Shown: positions 35,501-46,600 of the stretch, in pieces
How positions within the stretch are numbered: the stretch's first letter is position 1
Layout of the letters: each line of letters starts with the position of its first letter
Source: Chrysochromulina tobinii
Taxonomy: Eukaryota
Length of the DNA: 55,737 bases
NCBI GenBank assembly: GCA_001275005.1
Contig: JWZX01003112.1
Location: 1 to 55,737, forward strand
Reading direction: 5' to 3'
Program-made: the position numbers and the translations under genes
The notes under the pieces: generated by a model
The model's input: the letters and a program-made list of their open reading frames with translations, nothing else
The model's database searches: none
Told to the model about the DNA's origin: nothing

Positions 35501-38469
35501 CCGCCCGCCTTGCCGCCGTCGCCGTCGGCGGCGCCGCCGGCGCTCTCGCTTCCCTTGCCGCCGGCGAAGGCAGCGGCCTCGCCCTTGCCGCCCTTGCCGC
35601 CCTTGCCGCCCTTGCCGCCAGCGCCCGAGACGGCGCCGGTTCCATAGAGGCCATGGACCACGCCGTCGGCGGCGCCGCCCCTGCCGCCGCTGCGGGCGGA
35701 GTCCTCGGAGGTGTGAACGTTCACGGAGGCGTGCACGCTCACCTCTCCTCGCTCGCCTCCCTTGCCGCCGTCCGCCGCGCCCGTCGGACCGAACGACGTC
35801 GCCGCCGCCGCGCCGAGGACGTCGTCGACGACCGCGCCGCCGACGACCGGAGGAATGAGCCCGCCAGAGCCCCCGCCGGAGGCCGTCACATCGAGCTCGA
35901 CGTCGCCCACGGCATTCCGTAGCAACGCCGTCGCCTCCTCGTGCGTGTGCACGCGCTGCCCGTTGACGGCGACGAGCAGCTGGTTGATGGTGATGCGCCC
36001 TGAGGCCGCGGCGAGGCAGCCGGGCGCGAGCGCCGTGATGACCGGCGCCGTGATGGGCGCGGTGGGGCCGCGCGGCGCGTGTGTCTCATCGCTGTTGATG
36101 AGAGTGATGCCCAGCCGCGCGGACGCATCGGGCTTGTGCAGCGTCACCCGATACGTGGCCGGCATGCGCATCGTGTCGGGCGCGCCGTGATGAGCGCTGA
36201 CGAACCCGTCGAAGTTGGGTCCCCCCTTGCCCCCCTTGCGAAAGCCCTTGCCGTAGCCGTAGTCGGCGCCCCGTCCGAAGTCGGCGCCCTTTCCCTTGCC
36301 CATGGCGGCGGCGGCCGGGTAGCGCGCGCGATTCACGTCGTACGAAGAGGCGCCAGACCAGCCGTCATTCACACCAGCGCCGCCATTCACACCATACGGC
36401 TTCCTCGCGCCGGCGCCGAAGCCGCCCGCGCCAGCGCCGCCCAACGGCCCATCGAGACCGGCGTCGTTCGAGATGGCGGCGCCAGGCATGCCTGGCATCC
36501 CTCGGCCCGTGAACGACGCGTTGGCGCTCGCGGCCGCGGCGGCGGCGGCCAGACCGGCGGACAAGCCCGTGGCAGAGGGCACGCTCGAGCCGCCAAATGC
36601 AGACGCACTGGCTCCGTAGGGCGGGCAAGCGCCGGCGCCGCCGGCGCCGCCGGCGCCGGCGCCGCCCAACATGGCGCTGCTGCCCAACATAGACGTGGGT
36701 CCGGGGCACGTGAGCGCGGGAATGTGGGGCAGCGAGCAAGCATTGCATGCGCCCGTCACGGCGCCCCCGAAGGCCGATCCGCCCACGCCCATCGAGTTCA
36801 CCAGAGGCGCAGCGCCGACCGGAACAGCGCCAGGGAGCTGGTTGAGTGGGAGCATCGCGGGGAGCATCGTGCCCATATTAGGCAACATCGACAAGGGCGG
36901 CAGCGCCATGTTGGGCGCGGACGGCTGGAGGAGCACGGGGAAGCTGGCGGAGGCGTTGTTGCCCGCGGCGGAGGGTGGGACGCCGCCGTTCGAGGACATG
37001 GAGAGATGCATGCCATGGGAAAGGGAGGTGTGCCCGAGCGGAGCGCCGAGGCCAAACGCGCCGGGCATCGTGCCCATATTAGGCAACTGGCCGCCCATGC
37101 CGCCGCCCATGCCGCCGCCCATGCCGCCGCCCATGCCGCCGCCCATGCCGCCCATGCCGCCGCCGCCCATGCCGCCGCCGCCCATGCCACCCCCCATGCC
37201 GCCCATGCCGCCGCCGCCGCTCATGCCGCCCCCCATGCCGCCGCCCCCCATGCCGCCGCCCCCCATGCCACCGCCTCGCATAGCGCCGCCCATGCCGCCG
37301 CTGCCGCTCATGCCACCGCTGCCGCCCATGCCGCCGCCCATGCCGCCGCCACCCATGCCGCCGCCACCCATGCCGCCGCCCATGCCGCCGCCGCCGCCCA
37401 TGCCGCCGCCGCCGCCCATGCCGCCGCCGCCATCGCCGCCCCGCAGACCGCCGCCGCCGAGGCTTCCGTAGAGCCCCGCGCTGTCGGCCGATGCCGAGGA
37501 CCGTCCGAAGCCGCCGTGTTGGGCGCCGTGCTGGGCGCCGTGTTGGGCGCCGCCGTCGGGAAGCGGTGGCATCGACAACCGACCGGCGCCGCAGCCGCCG
37601 CTGCCACCCACGCCAAAGTCAGCTCCTCCGAAATCGGAAGCGTTGCCACCGCTGGGAGAGTAGACGCCGCCCGCGGCGGCGCTCGGGCGAGCGGCGTGGG
37701 GGGCTGGCCCAGAGTTAGCGGGCGCCGGCCAGCGCGCAGGGGGGGCGGCGGCCGTGCGCTGCGACGTGCCGGTACTTGCGTTCCATCCGGCACCGCCGAC
37801 GCCGCTGCCCATGCCGCCTCCGCCCCCCATGCCGCCGCCACCACCGCCCCATCCGGAGGACGACATGACGCCGGTGGAGCCTCCACCCATCGTAGGCGCC
37901 CCCTCCCACTCGCCATCCGCGCCGTCGTCGTAGTGGCTAGCTTGCAGAGCGTCGTAGTTAGCTTGCCCCCCCATTCTCGCGCCTCCGAAGCCGCCGCTGG
38001 CTGTGGGGCCGCTGCCGGCCGACCCGCCGTCGTTTTGCGACGATGAGCGCCGGCGGGCGGCGGCGGGCGGCAGCTCGATGGGCGTGCCGTCGGGCGCGCG
38101 AAGGTCCACCTTGCCGCCCATCGCGCCGGCCACCGACCCGCCGCCGCCCGTCGAGGCGGCAATAATCGCCGGGTCGGAGGCGGCGATCGAGTTGGATTGA
38201 GGGTTCTCACGGCGCGGCGACGGCGTCGGCAGCTGAACATCCTGCCCGTCGGGCGTTTGCAGCGTCACCTTGGTCGACGCGGGCGCCACGACCGTGGGCG
38301 CGCCCATCCGTGACGAGGGTGCCACGCTCGCCACGGCCTGCTGCGGATCGAGCCCCATGGACGAGAGCTGCTCCTGCGTGAAGAGGGAATTGCTCCTCCG
38401 CGGAGAGGAGGCGCTACCGCCCATCCCCATCTGCTGCTGTTGCAGCTGCTCGGAGGTGAAGAGGGACAT
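32390..38469 (-). CDS. Very large Gly/Met-rich low-complexity protein with two PDZ domains
   Basis: PDZ1: VTLHKPDASARLGITL..ITALAPGCLAA..QLLVAVNG. PDZ2: IKLKKPTASSRLGITL..QLLVAVNG. GGM and GKG tracts. Introns include 33898-34269. Terminal exon inferred. Confidence 0.75.
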
Positions 38470-38726
38470 GATAATTTCGGAAGTCTGCGCGACTTCCGGC
38501 GCGCGCAATCCACGCGTCGCTCGCGGGACCGCGTGTGAAAAAGAACTAGTCGATTACCCCCCGTGTGTGAAATACCGCCAGTGAGAAACCAAAATAGTCT
38601 CGACGATCGCCGCGCGAACCTCGCGAGTTGCCCGCTATGGTGCCGGTTTGAATTGCCGCCCGCGCTTAACGGTCGACAATTTAGCCCTTCCAAGATCTTG
38701 AATGTATTCCGAATTAAAGAGTCACG

Positions 38727-40664
38727 TCACCCTGTGTCCTTTCCGTCAGCACGCACCCCGCGCCTCTTCGCCGCCTTGCGCGCCTGGCGCAGCGCCCCCG
38801 CCGGCGAGAGCTCGAGCACCTGACGCAGCGTGAGCCCGCACAGGCCGCACGTCTTCTTGCAGTTGGTGCGCATCCACGACGAGGTGGCGCAGGGGCCTTG
38901 CTTGTCGTGCAGGTTCGCGGCCGAGTTGCCCTCAGCCTCGCACCCAGCAAAGTCGGCCCACGGGCTCCCGAAAGCGAGCACCTCGGGCGGCGTGTCGTTA
39001 CATCCTATCGCTTCGAAGGTCAGCGGGCGCAGCCTGTCGCGCACGCGCTTCGCGAACGTGGACGCGCGCACGGCACTCTCCGCGGCGCTCGGCACACGGT
39101 ACGGCACGGGCGCAAACGGCGGCTCCGCGTCGGGCGGCAGTGAGCACTCCGTGTCGCAGATCGTGGGGAGTGATGCATTGATGGCCTTGGCCATGGCGTC
39201 GTACCCAGGGCCTCGCACGGCACGCTCGTTGCGCGGGTCGCCCACCTGTGGGGATAGGGCGCCGTAGTGAGCACTTGCATGCAGGGCTCAAGGAGCGCGA
39301 GGGTCGCCCACCTCGGGCAGCCAGTGGTAGCAGTGCGTGGGTAGCCTGCGGCGTGCCATGCGGATGGCCAAGCACGCGTGGATGTGCTGGCAGCACGAGG
39401 CGCGCGTGTGGCGCCAGTTGAAGCGGAATGGCGTGTCGGCAAAGATGCGCTGGCACGCCTCCAAAGCAATGGGGCTGCTGCCCCCAACTGGGCAGTGCAG
39501 CCGGCTCATCGGCACCCGGCTGTGCATCTGCGTCGGCGACGAGCGATGGCGAGCGACGACCCTAAGCAGCTCCTCGCCATCAAAGTCGTCTTCAGCGCCC
39601 GACCGTTTCGCCGCGGCGATCCGCTCGGCCCGTGCGCGCAGCGTCTGCGACTGGTACGCGGCGTTGGCCTGCCGGAAGGCGCGGAGCCGCGCTTGGAACG
39701 GCGCGCCCAGCGCGGACACCTTGGCCGCGAAGGCCGCCGAGAAGGCCGCGTAGAGCTCGTGATCGAAGGGCGCGACCTCACGAATACGCGCGTCGCACGC
39801 GGCCGGGTCTGGGCACACGGCGGAGACCGACGGCTGCGCGTAGTGCGGGTTGGTGGTGCCTGGGACCGCGCGCATGTGCAGCAGCCGCTGCAAACCAGTC
39901 AGGTCTGCCAGCAGCAGCAGCGTCTCGTCAAACCGCTCCATCAGGCCCACCAGGTCAAACGAGGAGAGGAGGGAGCGCAGAAGGGCACGCTGCTTGGCGC
40001 CCTCGCCAGGGCGGCGGGCGACCGTGGCCCCAGGTGGCAGCTGGCCATCGGGGCCGGGCGCGTCGTCGAACTGCGAGTACTCCCGGCGCTTCGCCTGCCC
40101 ATCTTTCGTGTTCACGCCCAGGAACTCGGCCCAAGTCGCATCGATCGGACGCAGCATGATCGAGCTCTGCAAGTTGCGCGGCGCCCAGTCGAGAATGGTC
40201 GCGCCGAAGAGGGTCGAGTTGCGCGCCTGGCGCCACGAGACTGTCCAGCGGTAGAAGGAGACGTAGTAAGACGTCGGCTCGCGCAGCCGCGTCACGAGCA
40301 CCACGGTGCACTGGCAGCGGAGCGCGACCTGCTGCAACGGCGACGTGGGCCCAAACGCGGCGAGGATCGTGCGCATGCCCATGCGCGAGTAGTGGTGCTC
40401 CGCGAAGAGGCGAAATGGTGCGCGGCGATCCCAGTCCGAGCAGCTCGCGTTGCGCGGGCCCAGCAGCGCGGCCGTCAGCGTGTCAGTCACCTGCCAGTGC
40501 TGGTGCAGTCCATAACCCCAAAAGCCCCAGCCGTCCAACATGTCGTTGGTATTCACGATGTGGCGCAGCGTACTGCCACCATTCTTGTGCGTATGACGCT
40601 CGAGGACGATCGAGCACGGCTTCAGAGGCGTCACCAGCCACGGGGCGAGCGGGCGCTGTGACAT
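38727..40664 (-). CDS. Sulfotransferase-like protein (Gal-3-O-sulfotransferase type) with C-terminal ShK-like domain
   Basis: HTHKNGGSTLR (5'-PSB), VTRLREPTSYYVSFY (3'-PB), FDLVGLMERFDETLLLL and WMRTNCKKTCGLC. Intron at 39246-39311. Confidence 0.8.
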
Positions 40665-40942
40665 CCCGAAATCTTATTTGCTCGTGTGAATGAGAGCGTG
40701 AACAACTGGTTTCGTCAGAACAGAACACAGCCCCTCCTATCTCACATGGGGCTCCCACGCCGAGCGTGAGAGATGCCTTCGAAACACATGAACGACGAGC
40801 ATTTCGAGGAGGTGGCAGAACTGCTCGGTGCGGCCGGGGCCGGCGCGCGAGGCTTGTTGATCTTATTGCCTTGTCGCTGTCAAGTCAAGTCAAGTCACTT
40901 GACTTGTGCGCTTCGCGTGCCATCCCCTGAATCGCCAAGTTT

Positions 40943-43498
40943 GTGAAACCACATGTTCACACTTTCGATCCGCGCGGCGGTGCCGCACTGGACTGCATGT
41001 GCCTCGCATGGGTCTTCGAGGCATGGCCGCTCGGCGGACCAGCAATCGGCGGATCCACGCTGTACTTGCGCACCATTGGAGCCGATCACGGCGTGGTCCA
41101 CCAAGGCGTCATCTTCAGCTTTGGCCACGACGACGTCCGGCTCAGGACGAGAAATGTCACTTTCCACTCGGCCACGCTCGTCGAGGTGGTGACCCCATCG
41201 GTGCCTCCGACGGTCGGCTTGTTGCCACGGACGGCGCGCGTGTACTTCGCCTGCTCACAGAAGGCGCGGCAGAGCGAGCGCCGTGACTTGGGACAGCACA
41301 TCGCCACCTTCACCTTCTGGTTAGACCGCCCGTCAAGACTGCCGCTCTGCTTTGACGCGTCGAATTGCGACCGACCTCCTGCGTTGCTCGACATTGCGGC
41401 GGGGGTTACGCCTCGTGCAGCAGCACGACTTGCGGGCATGAGCGCGCTCGCTCCGCGTGTTCTGCCGCCTGGTGGCCGCTGCGAGGACTGGCGAGCGCTG
41501 CGCGGCCTGCGAGGGCCACCAGAGTGCCAGCGTGCAGCTTCCCTCGTGGCGGCTCGATGGGACGGCGTGGCGCCCGGTCGTCCGCAGAGCTTCGCAGGCT
41601 GCACACTGTGGCGGTCTGCGCGTGGGCCGGGATTCGTGAGGTTTATCCAAGCACCGCCGCAGACCCAAAGGAGCGCCGCTGCCAACGCTGCGTGTGACAT
41701 CACGGGCCGAGGTGGGCACTGCCTCTGCGTTGGGCCGAGCGCGGCGAAGCCCCTGCAGACACCGTGCGGCCAGAGCCTGAGCGCCCTCTTTGGCTTTCGA
41801 AAGGACCTCGCCCACGCCTCGAGCACGCTGCACGATCCGTGCGAAGCGCCCAGCCGAGCGCGGCCGTGCCTCTCCAAGGTGCTCCAGCAGCTGCCTGCGC
41901 CCGGTTTTCACGAGCTCGAAGACTCGAGCGTCGTCGGCTACCTGCGCAGGATCGAGGGGAGCTTCAATCTCGACGTCGTTGTGGCGCTCCACTCGACGCC
42001 GATGGTGGACCTGGTCGACGCCATCCACGAGGCTCTGAGCGTGGAGCTAGCACGGGCCACCACCGTGTATGTCTACCAAAAAGGCCAGCTACCTCCGAAA
42101 GAACGCCGCCGGCTCGCAAACGTTCGCCACCTGACCGTGCGCATAGAGCGCCTGGCCAACGTGGGCCGCTGCGACCACAGCTATCTCACGCACATCACCC
42201 GCCACTTCAGCTCGCTTGCCAAGCTGACTCTCTTTGTGAAGGACACCACCTTTGCGCACTTGCACTTGGGCTACGGCAGCAAGTTGCTGACGTTTCTGCG
42301 GCGGCTGCCAGCGCCCGTCGACTTTTGGGGCGCACGCGCTCTTCGGCGCGCCGGGCCCGACTTTGAGATGGAGGAATACGTCAGCGACATTTGTCGTAAC
42401 CGCTTCGTGAAGCGCACCCGTGGCCAGGCTTGCTACAAGAGCGACTTTGAATATCTTCGGGCAGAGAGCCGCCCGCTCGGCGTGTGGCGGATGCGCATGG
42501 GCTTGGGTAACGAGACGACCTACAAGTTTGTGCCCGGTGGCATCTTCGCCGCGTCGGCGAAGGCGATTCGGCGCACGCCGCTCGCCATCTATGAGCGGAT
42601 GCTCCAAGATGTTGGTCGGGGGCCCAACGTCGAGGCGGGTCACTTTATGGAGCGCTCGTGGTTTGCTGCCTTCAACGGGCCGCACCAGCGCACCCATCGT
42701 CCGATTGTGCGTCTGCGTAGTACGCTCGCCGTCTATACCATCGTGCTTGCAGCCGATGGTGGCCGCGATGTGGCCGTGGGCGCGCCGCCGTGTGACGACA
42801 CGTTTGCTGCCAAGACGGCCGGGATGAGCACGGTGGAGTGCCTCTTCTTTTCCGATTCTCCCATGCATCTCGAGGCGGCACAGACCCGAGGCTGGCGCAC
42901 TAGCCGGATTGCGCACGAGCACGAAGCCCGCGTGCTCAAGCGTGCTCCTCATCGGCACACGGCCTTGGCCGCCTTTGATTACAGCGCCTTCTATGTAGCC
43001 TCCGCGGGGCGGACCCTCAATGTGCCCGCCGTGCTCGAGGCCATCGGCGGACGCTTCCTGACGTCGAGCGCTGCGTCGATGCTGTTGCCCGCTCCGATAC
43101 GGGCGCAGACGGCGGGCACCGAAACGTCTGTGTCCACGGCTGCCATCGTGCGTCGCCAGACCGGAGCCGTGGCTGCGCTCGGCGACGCGTGGCTCAACGC
43201 GTCGTCTGAGGCCCATTCGAGGGCCCCCGGCCTTGCGGATGATGACCGCAGCCTCCAACAGGTCCTCGCTCGGCAGCCTCAGCCTTTCGGACTGCCCGCC
43301 GTCCTCGTGCTCCCGAGCGAGAATAGTCTCTTCGGCTCCAACGACGTGCCCCTGTTGCTCATCCCTCCGGCGGAGCTGCCCACGTGGTGGACCTGGTGGA
43401 TGTGTGTCTCCAAGGGCCACGGATCCGCCGATACGGGACGCGCTCGCCTCAGCCGATGCTGCAAGCCGGGCACAATGGAGTCGCGCTCGTTCGCGTGA
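40943..43498 (+). CDS. DUF3431-like putative glycosyltransferase-related protein
   Basis: 851-aa ORF with VYVYQKG, LANVGRCDHSYLTHI, FVPGGIFAAS..IR and GHFMERSW. Start uncertain. Confidence 0.65.
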   Translation: MKPHVHTFDPRGGAALDCMCLAWVFEAWPLGGPAIGGSTLYLRTIGADHGVVHQGVIFSFGHDDVRLRTRNVTFHSATLVEVVTPSVPPTVGLLPRTARVYFACSQKARQSERRDLGQHIATFTFWLDRPSRLPLCFDASNCDRPPALLDIAAGVTPRAAARLAGMSALAPRVLPPGGRCEDWRALRGLRGPPECQRAASLVAARWDGVAPGRPQSFAGCTLWRSARGPGFVRFIQAPPQTQRSAAANAACDITGRGGHCLCVGPSAAKPLQTPCGQSLSALFGFRKDLAHASSTLHDPCEAPSRARPCLSKVLQQLPAPGFHELEDSSVVGYLRRIEGSFNLDVVVALHSTPMVDLVDAIHEALSVELARATTVYVYQKGQLPPKERRRLANVRHLTVRIERLANVGRCDHSYLTHITRHFSSLAKLTLFVKDTTFAHLHLGYGSKLLTFLRRLPAPVDFWGARALRRAGPDFEMEEYVSDICRNRFVKRTRGQACYKSDFEYLRAESRPLGVWRMRMGLGNETTYKFVPGGIFAASAKAIRRTPLAIYERMLQDVGRGPNVEAGHFMERSWFAAFNGPHQRTHRPIVRLRSTLAVYTIVLAADGGRDVAVGAPPCDDTFAAKTAGMSTVECLFFSDSPMHLEAAQTRGWRTSRIAHEHEARVLKRAPHRHTALAAFDYSAFYVASAGRTLNVPAVLEAIGGRFLTSSAASMLLPAPIRAQTAGTETSVSTAAIVRRQTGAVAALGDAWLNASSEAHSRAPGLADDDRSLQQVLARQPQPFGLPAVLVLPSENSLFGSNDVPLLLIPPAELPTWWTWWMCVSKGHGSADTGRARLSRCCKPGTMESRSFA

Positions 43499-43553
43499 GC
43501 GAGCACGTAATCTCAAACCCCGCGTTCACATTTTGGGACAGACGTGCACGATG

Positions 43554-43634
43554 TTCTAGGCCCAGGTACAGCTGTAGTCCATGCAGGTGGTCAGAAAACA
43601 CCCGAAGTTGAGGCTGGACCGCGACGAAACTGAC
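43554..43634 (+). promoter_or_regulatory. Conserved upstream block of HEAT-repeat gene B
   Basis: TTCTAGGCCCAGGTACAGCTGTAGTCCATGCAGGTGGTCAG...GCGACGAAACTG is shared with copy A. Confidence 0.55.
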
Positions 43635-43692
43635 TGTATGCTGAAACCTAGGATTCCTAACCCCAAAATGGCACGCAGAGGGGCCGAGGACA

Positions 43693-46600
43693 ATGCAGCA
43701 TAGCTTCCGAGCGTTGTCGAGCAGGATCAAGGGCTTGACCCTGCTGAAGCAGGACTCGGCGTGCAGTTCTACGACTTACGTCGCCGGTGACAGCCCCAGC
43801 GCGGCGTCACCAACGGTTGCCGCGAACAGCGCAGACAGTTCTGAAGAACTCGAGAAGCTGCGCAAGGATGTCGAACGGCTCAATTCAGACATCGAGCAAC
43901 TCCATGGAGACAAGGAGCAGCTCAATGCAGACAACGAGCGGCTGAAGGACGAGGTCGACAGATTACGGGGTGAGAACGAACAGTTGAACGAGCGGCTGCG
44001 GTTCGATCCGCGGCAAGCAGTCTCCGAGTGGCTCTCGAGGTGCATGCACTTGCAACCGGCTGGAGGAGTGGCCGCCGCCGCCGCCGAGGAGGCCGTCGCC
44101 GTGCGGGAGACCGCGGCGGACGGAGTGGCCGCCGCCGCCGAGGAGGCCGTCGCCGTGCGGGAGACTCTGGAGGAGTCCGCCGCTGGCGAGTGCACCTTTT
44201 GGTTTGTGTCCGCATCGCACATCCGCTCTCTGGATCTCACGACCACCATCACGCTGCCCTCCTTTCAAGAGCTCTTCAAGCTCAACAACGCCTCTGGGGG
44301 CAGCGTGCTGGAACAGCGCACGCTCAAGGCTGGCGTCGCCTACCGTCAGGGGTACGTGTCCGATCTGCTCGCGGTCAGCCACCGATGGGAGGACCCATCG
44401 GCACCCGACGGCGCGGGCGCCCAGCTGCGCGCGATCCGCGCGTACCTCGACGCCCATCCCGAGGTCGTTGGCGTCTGGTTCGACTTTTGGTGCATGCCGC
44501 AGGGCAAGCAGAGGACGCTCGCTGAGACGGTGCGCTTCAAGCACATGCTCGGCAACGTCAACTTGCTCTACCTCGGCTGCCAGGTGCTCGCACTCATCGA
44601 CATTTCGTACCTCTCCCGCTTCTGGACGCAGTTCGAGGCGTGGCTCTCGATGCAGGAGGGCTCGTCGGCGAAGGGCTTGCGCGCGGCGTCAGAGCGGCGG
44701 CGGCGCTTGCAGATGGTGTGCCTGCATAATGCGACGACCGGGTCGGAGGACGTCAAGCTGCAGCGAATGTGGTGCAACGTGACGCCGAAAATGGCGCTCG
44801 AGCTGCTTTCAAAGCCTGACGTGACGGTGACGAACACGGGCGACAAGGTGACGCAGCTCAAAAAGATTGAAATGCTCGATGGCGAGGTGCGTCAGGCCTG
44901 GGGTGTCGAGGCGGCGAGGGCGCTGCGTGCGGAAGCCGAAGAAGAAGGCGTCGCGCCGAATCTGCCCTATGGCTTCTCGAAGGAAGTGCTCCTCGGGGCG
45001 GGGTTTACGGGGGTGGAGCGGGCGGGGGTGATGGCGCGATTTGCAATCCGAGACAGGGACCTTGCTTCGGCAAAGGCATTTGGTGAGTTTTCGTTGCAGG
45101 AGCGAAAAGCGGCGTCGGCGGCGTTTGAGTTTCCGATGGCCGCATTGGCCCCGGAGGTTGTCGACGCGCTCGCAAAGTTCGAGGACTCCGATTCGGGTGT
45201 GCGTTTGGAGGCGGTCTCGACTCTTGGCCAGCTGGATGCGGCGTCGCTCGCTCCGCACGCGCCCGCGCTCGTCGCAATGCTCAAGGACTCAGTGTCGTAC
45301 GTGCGAAAGGCGGCGGTCTCGACTCTTGCTAAGCTGGATGCGGCGACGCTCGCTCAGCACGCGCCCGCGCTCGTCGCAAGGCTCGAGGACTCCGATTCGG
45401 ATGTGCGTATGGCGGCGGTCTCGACTCTTGGCCTGCTGGATGCGGCGACGCTCGCTCGGCACGCGCCCGCGATCGTCGCAAGGCTCGAGGACTCCGATTC
45501 GGGTGTGCGTTCGGCGGCGGTCTCGACTCTTGGCCTGCTGGATGCGGCGACGCTCGCTCAGCACGCGCCCGCGATCCTCGCAAGGCTCAAGCACTCCGAT
45601 TCGGATGTGCGTGAGGCGGCTGTCTCGACTCTTGGCCAGCTGGATGCGGCGACGCTCGCTCGGCACGCGCCCGCGATCCTCGCAAGGCTCGAGGACTCCG
45701 ATTCGGGTGTGCGTAAGGCGGCGGTCTCGACTCTTGGCCTGCTGGATGCGGCGACGCTCGCTCAGCACGTGCCCGCGATCCTCGCAAGGCTCGAGCACTC
45801 CGATTGGGGTGTGCGTGCGGCGGCGGTCTCGACTCTTGGCCTGCTGGATGCGGCGACGCTCGCTCAGCACGCGCCCGCGATCCTCGCAAGGCTCGAGGAC
45901 TCCGAGTATCCTGTGCGTATGGCGGCGGTCTCGACTCTTGGCAAGCTGGATGCGGCGACGCTCGCTCAGCACGCACCCGCGCTCGTCGCAAGGCTCGAGC
46001 ACTCCGATTGGGGTGTGCGTAGGGCGGCGGTCTCGACTCTTGGCCTGCTGGATGCGGCGACGCTCGCTCAGCACGCGCCCGCGATCGTCGCAAGGCTCAA
46101 GGACTCCGATTCGGGTGTGCGTAAGGCGGCGGTCTCGACTCTTGGCAAGCTGGATGCGGCGACGCTCGCTCGGCACGCGCCCGCGATCCTCGCAAGGCTC
46201 AAGCACTCCGATTCGGGTGTGCGTGAGGCGGCGGTCTCGACTCTTGGCCAGCTGGATGCGGCGACGCTCGCTCGGCACGCGCTCGCGATCCTCGCAATGC
46301 TCAAAAACTCCGATTCGGGTGTGCGTAAGGCGGCGGTCTCGACACTTGGCAAGCTGGATGCGGCGACGCTCGCTCAGCACGCGCCCGCGATTGTCGCAAG
46401 GCTCAAGCACTCCGATTCGGGTGTGCGTGAGGCGGCGGTCTCGACTCTTGGCAAGCTGGATGCGGCGACGCTCGCTCGGCACGCGCCCGCGATCGTCGCA
46501 AGGCTCAAGGACTCGGATTCGGGTGTGCGTGCGGCGGCGGTCTGGACTCTTGGCAAGCTGGATGCGGCGACGCTCGCTCAGCACGCGCTCGCGATCGTCG

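Noticed and set aside
36079..38046. 655-aa AAHAAAH ORF and poly-Pro/Met ORFs on the + strand
   Set aside because: Antisense shadows of the Gly-Met tract of the PDZ gene.
43693..45180. Canonical NLR (NACHT/NB-ARC)
   Set aside because: No Walker A/B motif lies between the HET-like domain and the repeats.
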